From Natronoarchaeum mannanilyticum (GTDB lineage Archaea > Halobacteriota > Halobacteria > Halobacteriales > Natronoarchaeaceae), in NCBI RefSeq assembly GCF_039522665.1, contig NZ_BAAADV010000001.1, positions 1,437,792-1,501,791 on the forward strand: DNA of 64,000 nucleotides. Reading direction: 5' to 3'. The notes under the pieces are model-generated. The model did no database searches. It was given only the letters and a program-made list of their open reading frames with translations, and was not told the origin of the DNA. Within the stretch, counting starts at the first letter, position 1. Each line of letters begins with the position of its first letter. A program made the position numbers and the translations under genes. Below are positions 1-8,900 of the stretch, piece after piece.

Positions 1-76
1 AGCGTCTCGGTCGCGCCAGGCCGGGGTTCGGGCGTCCGCCGAACAGCTGTTGGCGGCGGTTCTCCCGGCCGCCGCG

Positions 77-322
77 CTACCCCTGGATCGTTAGCACGCC
101 GCCGTTGACTGTGACGTCTCGCGCCCCCTCGGGGACGTGGAACTCGAACTGCCGATCGCCCGCGACGACGATCGCCGTGTCGCCGACGATATCGACCGCC
201 GGCGTCGCAGCGGTCGGCCCGAAGTCGACGACGATCTCGCTCGCGCCGTCGTACTCGCGCTCGGTAACGACGATCGCCTCGTCGTCGCCCGCGGCGTCTC
301 GTAGTTCGGATGGCATTTCCAT
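77..322 (-). CDS. Small acidic hypothetical protein (80 aa). The C-terminal DVTVNGGVLTI segment is weakly Hsp20/CS-fold-like.
   Basis: Intact ATG..TAG ORF with strong GC3 bias and an acidic composition typical of haloarchaeal proteins. It lies downstream of and co-directional with rfcS. Confidence 0.5.
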   Translation of the reverse strand: MEMPSELRDAAGDDEAIVVTEREYDGASEIVVDFGPTAATPAVDIVGDTAIVVAGDRQFEFHVPEGARDVTVNGGVLTIQG

Positions 323-448
323 GTCCGAAGGAAGGGGATCGACGCGGATGAACCCCGCGCCAAAAGACGTTGTGCTCGCACAACCGATCGCGCTGGCCCT
401 ACTGCTCGCCCGCTTCCTCGCGAGCGCAGCGAGTGAGCTCGGAGGGTT

Positions 449-1432
449 CTACTCTCCGGCTTCCAGCGCCAGCGCCGCCAGCATCGCCTCCAGCTGGACG
501 CGCTCGTTGGCGCCCTCGGTGATGCGGTAGTCGGCCTCGCCGACCCGATCCATCAGGTGGACCGCGGCGTCGTCGTCGATGTCCAGATCCCACACTGACC
601 GGTGGAGCTGGTCGATCACGTCGCCGCCGGCGATCCCCTTGTCGACGAGCAGTTCCTGGAGCTTCGAACGGGCCGCGACGAAGTCGCCGTCGATGGCGGT
701 CTGGATCATCTCCTCGACCTCCTCGGGGCGGGCGGTCGAGGTGATCTTGAACACCGTCTCCTCGTCGACGGTCTCGCCCATCACCGCGGCGGCCTGCAGG
801 GCGTTGATCGCCTTGCGCATGTCGCCGTCGGCGGCGTAGGCCAGCGCGTCGACGCCGTCCTGGGTCAGATCGATCCCCTCCTCGGCGGCGATCTTGCGGA
901 CTTGCTCCTCGACGGCGTCGTCGCCCAGCGGCGCGAATCGGAACACGGCGCAGCGGGACTGGATCGGGTCGATGATCTGGCTGGAGTAGTTACACGAGAG
1001 GATGAAGCGGGTGTTCGAGGAGAACTGCTCCATCGTCCGGCGCAGCGCCGACTGGGCGTCGCTGGTCAGCGCGTCGGCCTCGTCCAGAAAGATGATCCGA
1101 TAGTCGTACTCGCCGAAGCTCGAGCGGGCGAACTCCTTGATCCGGCCGCGGACGACGTCGATCCCGCGCTGGTCGGAGGCGTTGAGTTCGAGGAAGTTCT
1201 GCTCCCAGTCGTCGCCGTAGATCTCGCGGGCGATCGCCGTGGCTGCCGTGGTTTTTCCGATGCCGGCCTCGCCCGCAAACAGGAGGTTCGGCAGGTCGTT
1301 GCGCGCGATGTAGCTCTGCAGGCGCTCGGTGATCCCCTCCTGGCCGACGATCTCTTCTAAAGTTTGGGGCCGGTACTTCTCGGTCCAGACGTCCTGTCTG
1401 CCCCCCGCCGGCTGGCCCTCTGCGTCGCTCAT
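449..1432 (-). CDS. rfcS: Replication factor C small subunit (clamp loader).
   Basis: Contains WTEKYRP, the Walker A motif [13 protein letters not shown]-like FLDEADAL, the SRC motif (QSRCAVFRF) and the C-terminal RFC domain. Start taken at MSDAEG (nt 1432); the track ORF extends 7 aa further upstream. Confidence 0.93.
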   Translation of the reverse strand: MSDAEGQPAGGRQDVWTEKYRPQTLEEIVGQEGITERLQSYIARNDLPNLLFAGEAGIGKTTAATAIAREIYGDDWEQNFLELNASDQRGIDVVRGRIKEFARSSFGEYDYRIIFLDEADALTSDAQSALRRTMEQFSSNTRFILSCNYSSQIIDPIQSRCAVFRFAPLGDDAVEEQVRKIAAEEGIDLTQDGVDALAYAADGDMRKAINALQAAAVMGETVDEETVFKITSTARPEEVEEMIQTAIDGDFVAARSKLQELLVDKGIAGGDVIDQLHRSVWDLDIDDDAAVHLMDRVGEADYRITEGANERVQLEAMLAALALEAGE

Positions 1433-1573
1433 ACGTTGCCCCAGTCCCCTCACGGTGATAAAATCCCCGAGTGCGATCCTCCCTCTGCGAGGCGGTCGCG
1501 GGACGTCAACCCGGAATCGGCTCGCGCGGGGCCGTCTCGTACGCTTTTGGCGGCGTCCGTCGTAGCACGACCC

Positions 1574-2146
1574 ATGGGGGGTCCGGGTGTGGGCGAAGCG
1601 GTGATCGGCGCGCTGGCGACCGCCGCGAGACCGGCGGTGCCGCTCGACGCCGCCGTCGGGCTCGCGAGCTGGCTGCCCGCGCCGGTCGCGGGCGCCGCGG
1701 GCGCCGCGGCGGCGTACTACCTCGTCGGCGCGCTCGCGCTGACGCTCTGGCCCGAGTTCTCGCGGACGGCCGCTCGGACCGTCGTCCGCCGACCGGGTCG
1801 CGCGCTCGTCTCGGGCGTCCTCCTGATGCTCGCGGTGTCGGCCATCTCGGTCGCCGCGTTCGCCCTGCTGTGGATCGCCGGCCCGTTCGCCGTGTTCGCG
1901 CTGGTGTGGCTTCCGCTGGCGCTGCTCGCGCTGGTGTACGTCACGGTCGGGGTGATCGGCGGCGCGCTCTCGCTGGTCGGCGTCGACAGCCCCTACGCCG
2001 CGCTGGCGATCGGCGGCGTCGTCCCCGCGACGCTGTCGTGGCTCCCGCGCGACGCCGTGATCGACCTGCTATTCTTGGGCGTGCTGACGCTGGGCAGCGG
2101 CGCGATGCTGTGGTCGCTGTGGCATCGACGGAGAACTGCTGCGTGA
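1574..2146 (+). CDS. Hypothetical integral membrane protein, about 5 TM helices.
   Basis: Ala/Leu/Val-rich hydrophobic segments. Start placed at the internal ATG (MGGPGV) because the upstream part of the track ORF overlaps the rfcS promoter region. Confidence 0.5.
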   Translation: MGGPGVGEAVIGALATAARPAVPLDAAVGLASWLPAPVAGAAGAAAAYYLVGALALTLWPEFSRTAARTVVRRPGRALVSGVLLMLAVSAISVAAFALLWIAGPFAVFALVWLPLALLALVYVTVGVIGGALSLVGVDSPYAALAIGGVVPATLSWLPRDAVIDLLFLGVLTLGSGAMLWSLWHRRRTAA

Positions 2147-2246
2147 GGCGATGCGTGCGATCGTTTCTCGTTCGTTTCGGTCGGTCCTGATCGCGACTCC
2201 TCGAAAGCCTTCCTAGCAACAGCGGCGACAGCCCTCAACGATCCTA

Positions 2247-2860
2247 CCACGAAAGCCCTCGGCCCGCGACCGTGCCTCGCCCTTTCAGTCCACCGGAAGA
2301 CTCGCTCCGCTCGTCTTCCGAGCCCTGCCTCGCTTCGCTCGGCAGGACACCAGGACAGCACCGCACGTCCCGGCCCTCCCCCGTCGTCCGCACGAGCGTA
2401 GCGAGTGCGGGCTCGGAAGAGCTTCGCTCTTCCGGCGGCGCGCCATGAAGGCGCGCCGGGCCGCGCGGTTGCCGTGGCGCGCGCTGTCGAGCCTTCCATG
2501 GCGAGACAGCGTCGCGCGAGGGACGAGCGAAGGAGCAGCGCGACTGAGCGAGTCGGTTGGGGAGGACGAGGTTGTAGTCGGGCGGGACTGAAAGGGGCCG
2601 TCGCGCTCGGCCCGGTGAGGCGACGTAAGCACCGTGGTTCGAAAGACGCCGTAGGCGTCTTTCGTCATCACGAAAGAGCGCTTCGCGCTCTTTCGAACGA
2701 CAGCCAAAGGCGAGGAGCGCAGCGAGCCGCAACCGGTCGAGCGCGGCGGGGGCTTTCAGTGAGTTGGAGGAAACGGCAGTTCCAGAGAGCGCGGCGGGAG
2801 CTTTCAGGGAATCGTAGGCAGTAACTGCCGTTCGAAAGACTACTCCCGATCCTAGACGCG
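2247..2860. repeat. Copy A of a ~510-bp hairpin-dense intergenic repeat (inverted partner at 52380-52950).
   Basis: Near-identical reverse complement of 52446-52950 (for example cgcgccatgaaggcgcgcc, ggaagagcttcgctcttcc, gaaagcccccgccgcgctcgaccggttgcggctcgctgcgc). Contains several perfect GC stem-loops (gaaagacgccgtaggcgtctttc; gaaagagcgcttcgcgctctttc) and an internal ~45-bp tandem duplication at 2741-2830. Confidence 0.8.
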
Positions 2861-2895
2861 ACACGCTCAAGCACCTCCCGCGACAACCCGAACCC

Positions 2896-3093
2896 ATGCA
2901 GGTCACGGTGGACGTCAAGGGCGAGGACACCCACGAGATCGAGGCCGAGGAGCCCACCTACGCCGACCTCCTCGCGGCCGTCGATCTCAGCCCCCACGAG
3001 GCGTCGGTGCTGGTCGACGGTCGTCCCGTCCCCGAGGACCAGCCCGTCGAAACCGACCGCGTCACCGTCCTCCGGCTGATCAAGGGCGGGTAG
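2896..3093 (+). CDS. samp2: Small archaeal modifier protein (ubiquitin-like, MoaD/ThiS fold), SAMP2-like, ending in diglycine.
   Basis: 65 aa with a C-terminal GG. Very similar to the Haloferax volcanii SAMP2 sequence as I recall it (…VLVDGRPVPEDQ…VLRLIKGG). Confidence 0.85.
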   Translation: MQVTVDVKGEDTHEIEAEEPTYADLLAAVDLSPHEASVLVDGRPVPEDQPVETDRVTVLRLIKGG

Positions 3094-3118
3094 TCCCGCC
3101 CCGGATCGTATAGAAGAT

Positions 3119-4042
3119 TTGAAACCATTGGCGACGGAATCGCCGCCGATGGACCTCGACGACCTGACCGTCGGTAGCGAGGCCGCGGCGACGGCGGCGG
3201 ACGGGCGAACGATCGCCTACCGCGAGTACGGTGACCCCGACGGCGCGCCCGTCCTCTTCCACCACGGGACGCCGGGGTCGCGCATCCTCCCCGCGGCGTT
3301 CCACGAGATCGCTCGCGAGGCGTCGATCCAATTGCTCGCCCCCGACCGTCCCGGACAGGGCCGATCCGACCCCGCGCCCGACGCCGACGTGCTCGACTGG
3401 GCGGACGACGCCGCCGCGGTGGCCGACGACGCCGGCGCCGACCGCTTCGCCGCGCTCGGATTCTCCGGGGGCGGCCGGTTCGCGCTCGCCTGCGCCCACG
3501 AGTACCCGGACCGAGTCACCCGCGTCGCGACCGTCGCCGCCGACGGCCCGCCCGGCGCGCCGACCGACGGCGTCGGCGTGCAGAACCGATTTCTCGACGT
3601 CCTCGCCCGCCGGGCGCCGCCGCTGCTTCGGCTGCTGTTCGCAGTTCAGGCGCGGACCGCCGACCGGACCGACCCAGAGGACGCGCTCGCCCTGCTCACC
3701 GACGCCGAGCGCGACGCGCTCGACGATCGACTCGACGCACCGCCGATCGCCCGGCTCGTCGCGCTCGATCTGCGCGAGGCGTTCCGGCAGGGCCACGGCG
3801 GCGTCTCCCGCGAGTTCCGCGCCAGCGTCCGCGAGTGGCCGTTCGACCTCGCCGACGTCGAGGCGCCGGTCCGGCTCCGGCACGGCGCCGACGACCGGAA
3901 CGTCTCGCCGGCGACCGCCGAGTACCTCGCGGCGCGGCTGCCCGACGCCGACGCCGCAGTGCTACCGGACGAAGATCACCTCTCGGCGCTGGTGGCCTGT
4001 CACGACGCGACGCTCTCGTGGCTGGCGGAGCCGCTTCGATGA
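3119..4042 (+). CDS. Alpha/beta-hydrolase fold protein.
   Basis: Has an HGTPGS oxyanion-like segment, a GFSGGG nucleophile elbow (GxSxG) and C-terminal Asp/His residues. The alternative start MDLDDL is at 3149. Confidence 0.75.
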   Translation: MKPLATESPPMDLDDLTVGSEAAATAADGRTIAYREYGDPDGAPVLFHHGTPGSRILPAAFHEIAREASIQLLAPDRPGQGRSDPAPDADVLDWADDAAAVADDAGADRFAALGFSGGGRFALACAHEYPDRVTRVATVAADGPPGAPTDGVGVQNRFLDVLARRAPPLLRLLFAVQARTADRTDPEDALALLTDAERDALDDRLDAPPIARLVALDLREAFRQGHGGVSREFRASVREWPFDLADVEAPVRLRHGADDRNVSPATAEYLAARLPDADAAVLPDEDHLSALVACHDATLSWLAEPLR

Positions 4043-4927
4043 CTACTTGTCCGGCTCGGCGTTCTCGCGGACCCACTCGTACAGTTCGCCGCCGTCGACC
4101 TCGATCCCCTGGCGGCGGAAGAATGAGGCGACGTTCTCGCAGTCGCGCTCGAGGAACTCCTCGGCGTTGGGGTGGTGGACGGTCACGGCCTGCCCGACGT
4201 CGATGATCACCAGCTGGCCCTCGTAGAACAGCACGTTGTACTCGCTCAGGTCGCCGTGGACCAGCCCGGCGGCGTACAGCCGGCGGACGTACTCCCGGAC
4301 GACCTCGTAGGCGGTCTCGGGGTTTTCGATCGACACCTCGTCGAGGCGGCGGGCCCGCTCGCCGTCGGTGGCGACGAACTCCATCAAGAGCACGTTGCGC
4401 TCGGCGGCCACCGGGTTGGGGACGCGGACGCCGGCCTTGCGCGCGCGTTCGAGGTTCGACAGCTCCTTGCGGGTCCACGCGAGCACGATGTCTTTCTTGT
4501 CGCCCAGCTCCTCGAAGCGCGGGTCGCCCACCAGGTACTCGCGCATGTCCTGGAAGTTCGTCGCTCGCGTGCGGTACACCTTGATGGCGACCTGCTCGGC
4601 GTCCTCGCCCAGCGTCTCCCGGGCGCGTTCCCCGGAGAGCGCCTCGTAAACGTTGGCCTCCTTGCCCGTCGAGACGGGGCCGCCCATCGCGTCGACGTAG
4701 CCGTCCTGGACGAGCTTGTACAGCGCGGCGAACGTGGCGTCGTCGAACGCCGAGTCCTGGACGATGAAGCGCTCGGAGTCCTTGATGCGCTTGCGCCACT
4801 GGTCGAACTCGCGGTCCCGCTCGCGCGCGATCCGGTCGGCCTCCGTGTCCGAAACGTCGATCTCCTCGAACTCGTCGCCGGGGGCGTCGGCTTCGTCGGG
4901 ATCGAGGAGGCCGTACTCGCCGTTCAT
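4043..4927 (-). CDS. rio1: RIO-type serine protein kinase (Rio1).
   Basis: RIO domain motifs: STGKEANVY, the LVHGDLSEYN catalytic loop and IIDVGQAV metal-binding loop. Typical archaeal neighbourhood with aIF-1A. Confidence 0.9.
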   Translation of the reverse strand: MNGEYGLLDPDEADAPGDEFEEIDVSDTEADRIARERDREFDQWRKRIKDSERFIVQDSAFDDATFAALYKLVQDGYVDAMGGPVSTGKEANVYEALSGERARETLGEDAEQVAIKVYRTRATNFQDMREYLVGDPRFEELGDKKDIVLAWTRKELSNLERARKAGVRVPNPVAAERNVLLMEFVATDGERARRLDEVSIENPETAYEVVREYVRRLYAAGLVHGDLSEYNVLFYEGQLVIIDVGQAVTVHHPNAEEFLERDCENVASFFRRQGIEVDGGELYEWVRENAEPDK

Positions 4928-4982
4928 CTACCACGGGCTAGGCGAGCCAGCCCTAAAAGGATGCGTTCACGGCGCTCCCGTC

Positions 4983-5180
4983 TCACTCGTCGACGTCGGC
5001 GTAGACCCGCACCAGTCCGCACTCGGGACAGACGACGGCGTCGACGTCGAACTGCTCTTTGACGCCGACGCGGCCCAGCAGTCCGTCCCGCGACTCGTCC
5101 AGCACGAACCGCTCCGCGCCGGCGAGTCGTCCGGCCTCCATCCGGACGCCGCAGTCGGGGCAGCGCCGCTCGGTCGGCAT
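4983..5180 (-). CDS. Small Zn-ribbon protein (two CxxC pairs).
   Basis: CPDCG…CPECG pairs; 65 aa from MPTERRCPDCG. Sits between aIF-1A and Rio1. The longer track ORF start is Arg-rich and unlikely. Confidence 0.6.
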   Translation of the reverse strand: MPTERRCPDCGVRMEAGRLAGAERFVLDESRDGLLGRVGVKEQFDVDAVVCPECGLVRVYADVDE

Positions 5181-5182
5181 CG

Positions 5183-5461
5183 CTACTGAATGTGGCCTTC
5201 TTCGCGGAGCTGGTCGGCGTCCTGCTTCTCGTAGCGCCAGGTGATGTCGGCCTTCTCGTCCTGCCAGTCCCACGGCTCGACGAGCACGACGTCGTCCTCC
5301 CGGATCCAGATGCGCTTTTGCATCTTGCCCGGGATCCGGGCGGTTCGTTCCTTGCCGTCGGCGCAGCGCACTTCCACGCGGTTCGCCCCGAGCATGTTCG
5401 TGACCTCCGCGAACACCTCGTCGTCCTCGGGCATCCGGAGGTCCTTCCGTCCGTCGCTCAT
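5183..5461 (-). CDS. eif1a: Translation initiation factor 1A (aIF-1A/eIF1A).
   Basis: S1-like OB fold with the signature (…[35 protein letters not shown]…). Confidence 0.93.
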   Translation of the reverse strand: MSDGRKDLRMPEDDEVFAEVTNMLGANRVEVRCADGKERTARIPGKMQKRIWIREDDVVLVEPWDWQDEKADITWRYEKQDADQLREEGHIQ

Positions 5462-5484
5462 ACCCGTCCGTTGGTGACGGACGG

Positions 5485-5493
5485 TTTTAAATA
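5485..5493 (-). promoter_or_regulatory. TATA box (ttttaaata) for aIF-1A.
   Basis: AT-rich 9-mer about 25-30 bp upstream of the eif1a start in a GC-rich background. Confidence 0.5.
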
Positions 5494-5571
5494 CGCTGCT
5501 CTCGCCCGCCGTCGGGCCGCTCGTCGGCCAAACGAAAAGGATTAACTGTCGCTCGGGACCACTCCGAGCGT

Positions 5572-5760
5572 ATGCTCAAACGTCTCGGCGCGACCGGAAT
5601 CGTCGGCCTGCTGGCGATCCTCGGCGGCATCGCGCTCATCGCCTACGAAAGTCTCGTCATCGCCGGCGGCATCGCCCTGGTACTGGCCGGCATCGGTCTG
5701 GTCGTCCGCGCGCTCGTCTCCAGCCTCATCAACTCGATGGGGATGGGCGGGATGTTCTAG
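5572..5760 (+). CDS. Small membrane protein (62 aa, 2 TM).
   Basis: Two hydrophobic helices rich in G/A/I/L. ATG start with an AT-rich element about 25 bp upstream. Confidence 0.5.
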   Translation: MLKRLGATGIVGLLAILGGIALIAYESLVIAGGIALVLAGIGLVVRALVSSLINSMGMGGMF

Positions 5761-5977
5761 CACGGGCGATACCCGATTCGTCTGTCAGATCGTCCCGAGC
5801 AGCGGCGTCGCCGTGTACGGCCGAATAGCGGCGTCGCCGAACACGACCGAATAGCGGCGTCGTCGAGCCGCGATCGCGTCGTACCGTTTCTCTCGAATCG
5901 CCGCAGCGCCGCCGCTGGTGCGTAGCAATCAAAAAATCCGCGACGCGTCGGTTAGCGAGCGGTGCGCGAGGAGTCCG

Positions 5978-8900
5978 TTACTCCTCGTCGTCCTCGTCGT
6001 CGTCGGACAGCCGGCTGGCGGCCGCGGCGGCGCCGGCCACGCCGGCCGCGCCCGCCCCGACGCCGAAGCCGGGCAGCCCGTCGCTGCTCGAGCCTTCCTC
6101 CTGCGACTCGTTGCCGGAGCCTTCGTCACCGCTGTCGTCGCCGTTGTCGCCGCCGTCGTCGCTACTGCCGCCACCACTGCCGCCGCCGTAGTCGCCGATC
6201 GTGACGAACGGCAGGCTCACGGTGCTGTCGGCGGAGTAGTCGGTCAGGATCGACTCCTGATCGGCGCCCTCGGGCGTGAGGATGTCCATCGCGGCCGGGT
6301 CGTTGGTGCCCGTGCCGCCGCCGATGGCGTGCTGACCGTTGGACTCGGAGATGCCGCGGACGCCCTTCGTGCCGTAGCCGTCGTACGGCACGGTGACCGG
6401 CTGGAGCGCCATGCCGCCGTCCTCGTGGCTCCAGTCGACGGCGCCGCGTGGCACGTCGATCGAGACGGTCTTGCCGTCGGTGACGGTGTTCACGTCGGTC
6501 GAGACGGCCTCGCCGGCCGCGTTCTCGACCGCCATGGTGCCCTCGCCGTGGACGACCACGCGGTAGTGGTACGGCTGATCGAAGCCGAGGTTCGTGCCGC
6601 CGCGGCCCTCGGTGCCGCTCGGGCCGCTGGCGCTCGAGGAGGCGATGTAGACCTGGAACATCTGGTGGCTGAACCCGGGACTGAAGCTCCACGGGTTCTG
6701 GATCTCCTCGGCCATCGTGTAGTTGAACCGGACGCGGCTCCGCGACGCCTCGACGCTGAAGGACTCGATGTCCCAGGCGTTCTCGTAGTAGGCGTCGGCG
6801 GTCGGCAGCGTGTACTGCCCCGAGGCCATCCCGTCGCCGGTCGGATCGTCGAAGCTGGCGACCTCCTGGAACTCGGTGGTGACCAGAACGTAGGGGATCT
6901 GGGCGAGCTCGCCGTCGGAGTAGGCCAGCGCGTCGGCCTGCGTGGTGTTATCGTTCGACACCATGTCGATGACGTTCGGCGCGCTGCCGTTCTCGGCGCC
7001 GCCGAACGCGTCGGCCGAGGCCTCGGACTCGACGGGCATGACGCCGCCCTCGGCCGAGCCGTCGTAGCCCAACATCAGGGGCGCCAGCTGCATGGTCTCG
7101 GGCGAGACGTCGAGCTCCCGCTTGGGGATCTCCGCGATGATCTCGTACACCGCGTTGTTGAGCTTGATGTCTCCCGTCGCGACTTCGTTGCCGTCGGCGT
7201 CCTCGAGACGGACGCCGTTCTCGCCGTCCGCGACCACGCGGTAGTGGTACGGCTCGGCGAACTCGGCGTTGACGCCCGTCCTCGCGCTCGTCGAACCGCC
7301 GTCGCCGCTCGAGTCGCGGACGTACACCTGCAGGTGCTGGTTGGAGAAGCCGTGCTCCAGGTCGTCGGGGTTGGCTACCTCGGTGTCGACGCCGTAGATG
7401 AACTGATAGTTGTCCTCGGTCTCGTGGACGCGGAACGTGTCGATGTCGAACGTTCCGTCGGCGTAGCCGTCTCCGGTCGGGTACGTGTACGACGTGGTGC
7501 TGTCCTCGGCGTCGGGCTGACCCGGGCCGATGTCGTCGCCCGTCGGGTCGCTCGTCTCGAAGACGGTTTCGCCGGTCGGCAGCAGCGAGGGCGCCTCGAA
7601 GATCGCGATTGTGTCGACCTCGGCGACGGCCGCCGCGGCACCGCTGGACATCGAGAGGTCCTCGCCGCTGAGCAGGTCCGTGGTGCTGACTTCCGGTCGG
7701 AGGTTGACCTGCGAGGGTTCTTCCTCGAAGTTGATGACGACGACGACTTTCTCGGGGCCGTCGACGTCCTCGAGGTGGCTCGCGTCGCGGCCGAACACGA
7801 GGAGGTTAGGTTCCTCCTTGTAGGCCGTGTTGAACCACTCGCCCGACATGTCGGCGTCGGGCTTGAGCACGTCCATATCGTGGTACGCGCCGATCAGGTC
7901 CTTGTAGAACTGGAGGTGTTCCTCGTCGTACTCGTCCCAGTTCATGAACGCGCGCTTCTTGCCGCCGGGGAAGATGTCCCCGCTACGCGGGTCGTCCTCG
8001 CCCATGTGGCGGCCCTCGCCGTACTCGCTGATGGCCCGTTCCTGGCCGTAGTAGACGAAGGGGACGCCGGGCAGTGTGACGCCGGCCGCCCAGCACGCCC
8101 GCTGGGCCTTCTTCGGTTGGTCGCGGGTGCCCCCCTCCATGATCTGGTTGAGAAGGCGCTCCTCGTCGTGGTTCTCGGTCGTGTTGAGGATCAGGGTGTG
8201 CTCCGGGAACCCTTCGGCCTTGCGGCTGTTGATCGAGCTGAGGATCTCGTTGGCGGGCGCGTTGTCCCGTCCGATCCCCCGCATCGTGTTCATGAACTCC
8301 GAGGTGTCGAAGTGCATGTCGAACTCGTTCTCGGCGAAGTGGGGATCCTTCGGGATCGACTCGTCGAGCATCAGGAACTCGCTGTCGTTCGAGCGCACGA
8401 GGTCCCGCACTTCCTTCCAGAAGCTGTGGGGCGTCCCCCACGCGATGTCGCAGCGGAACCCGTCGACGCCGACCTCGCCGGACCAGAAGTCAGCGACCGC
8501 GAGCATGTGCTCGCGCAGCGCCATGTTGTCGAAGTTCCAGTTGGGCTGTAGGCGCAGGCCCCAGAACCCGGTGTTACCCGGCGCGGGGTCGACGACGCCG
8601 CCGTCGGGACCGGTGATCGGGGCGTCCATCCGGTCGAACCAGTCGAAGTACTTCGAGTCCTGGTTCCACTCCTCGACCGGCAGGAACTCCCAGCTCTCCG
8701 CGGGCACCTCGTCGCCCTTGCTCGCGATCGTATCCTGGAAGTAGGGGTGGTTACGACCGGCGTGGTTGATCACCATGTCGAACACGACCTTGATGTCGTG
8801 GTTGTGACACTCTTCGATGAACGCCTGGTAGTCCTCGACCGATCCGAGGTCGGAGGCGACGGACATGTAGTCCGTGGCGTCGTAGCCGTGGGGGCCGCCG

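Noticed and set aside
2244-2997. ORFs of 109-237 aa inside the hairpin repeat (e.g. 2244-2957 minus, 2405-2824 plus). A similar ORF occurs in the second copy (52375-52740).
   Set aside because: The region is a structured inverted repeat with perfect palindromes. The ORFs occur in both copies simply because the sequence is duplicated, and they show no protein-like composition.
3231-4934. Overlapping 331-aa and 412-aa Arg/Ser/Pro-rich ORFs across the hydrolase and Rio1 genes.
   Set aside because: Out-of-frame or antisense to two genes with clear domain signatures. Composition is typical of GC artefacts.
5918-8551. 877-aa plus-strand ORF and several 80-180-aa ORFs overlapping the amylase gene.
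   Set aside because: They lie entirely antisense to, or out of frame with, a well-supported GH13 gene. Their composition (Arg/Gly/Val/Ala runs) is typical of GC-rich antisense frames.
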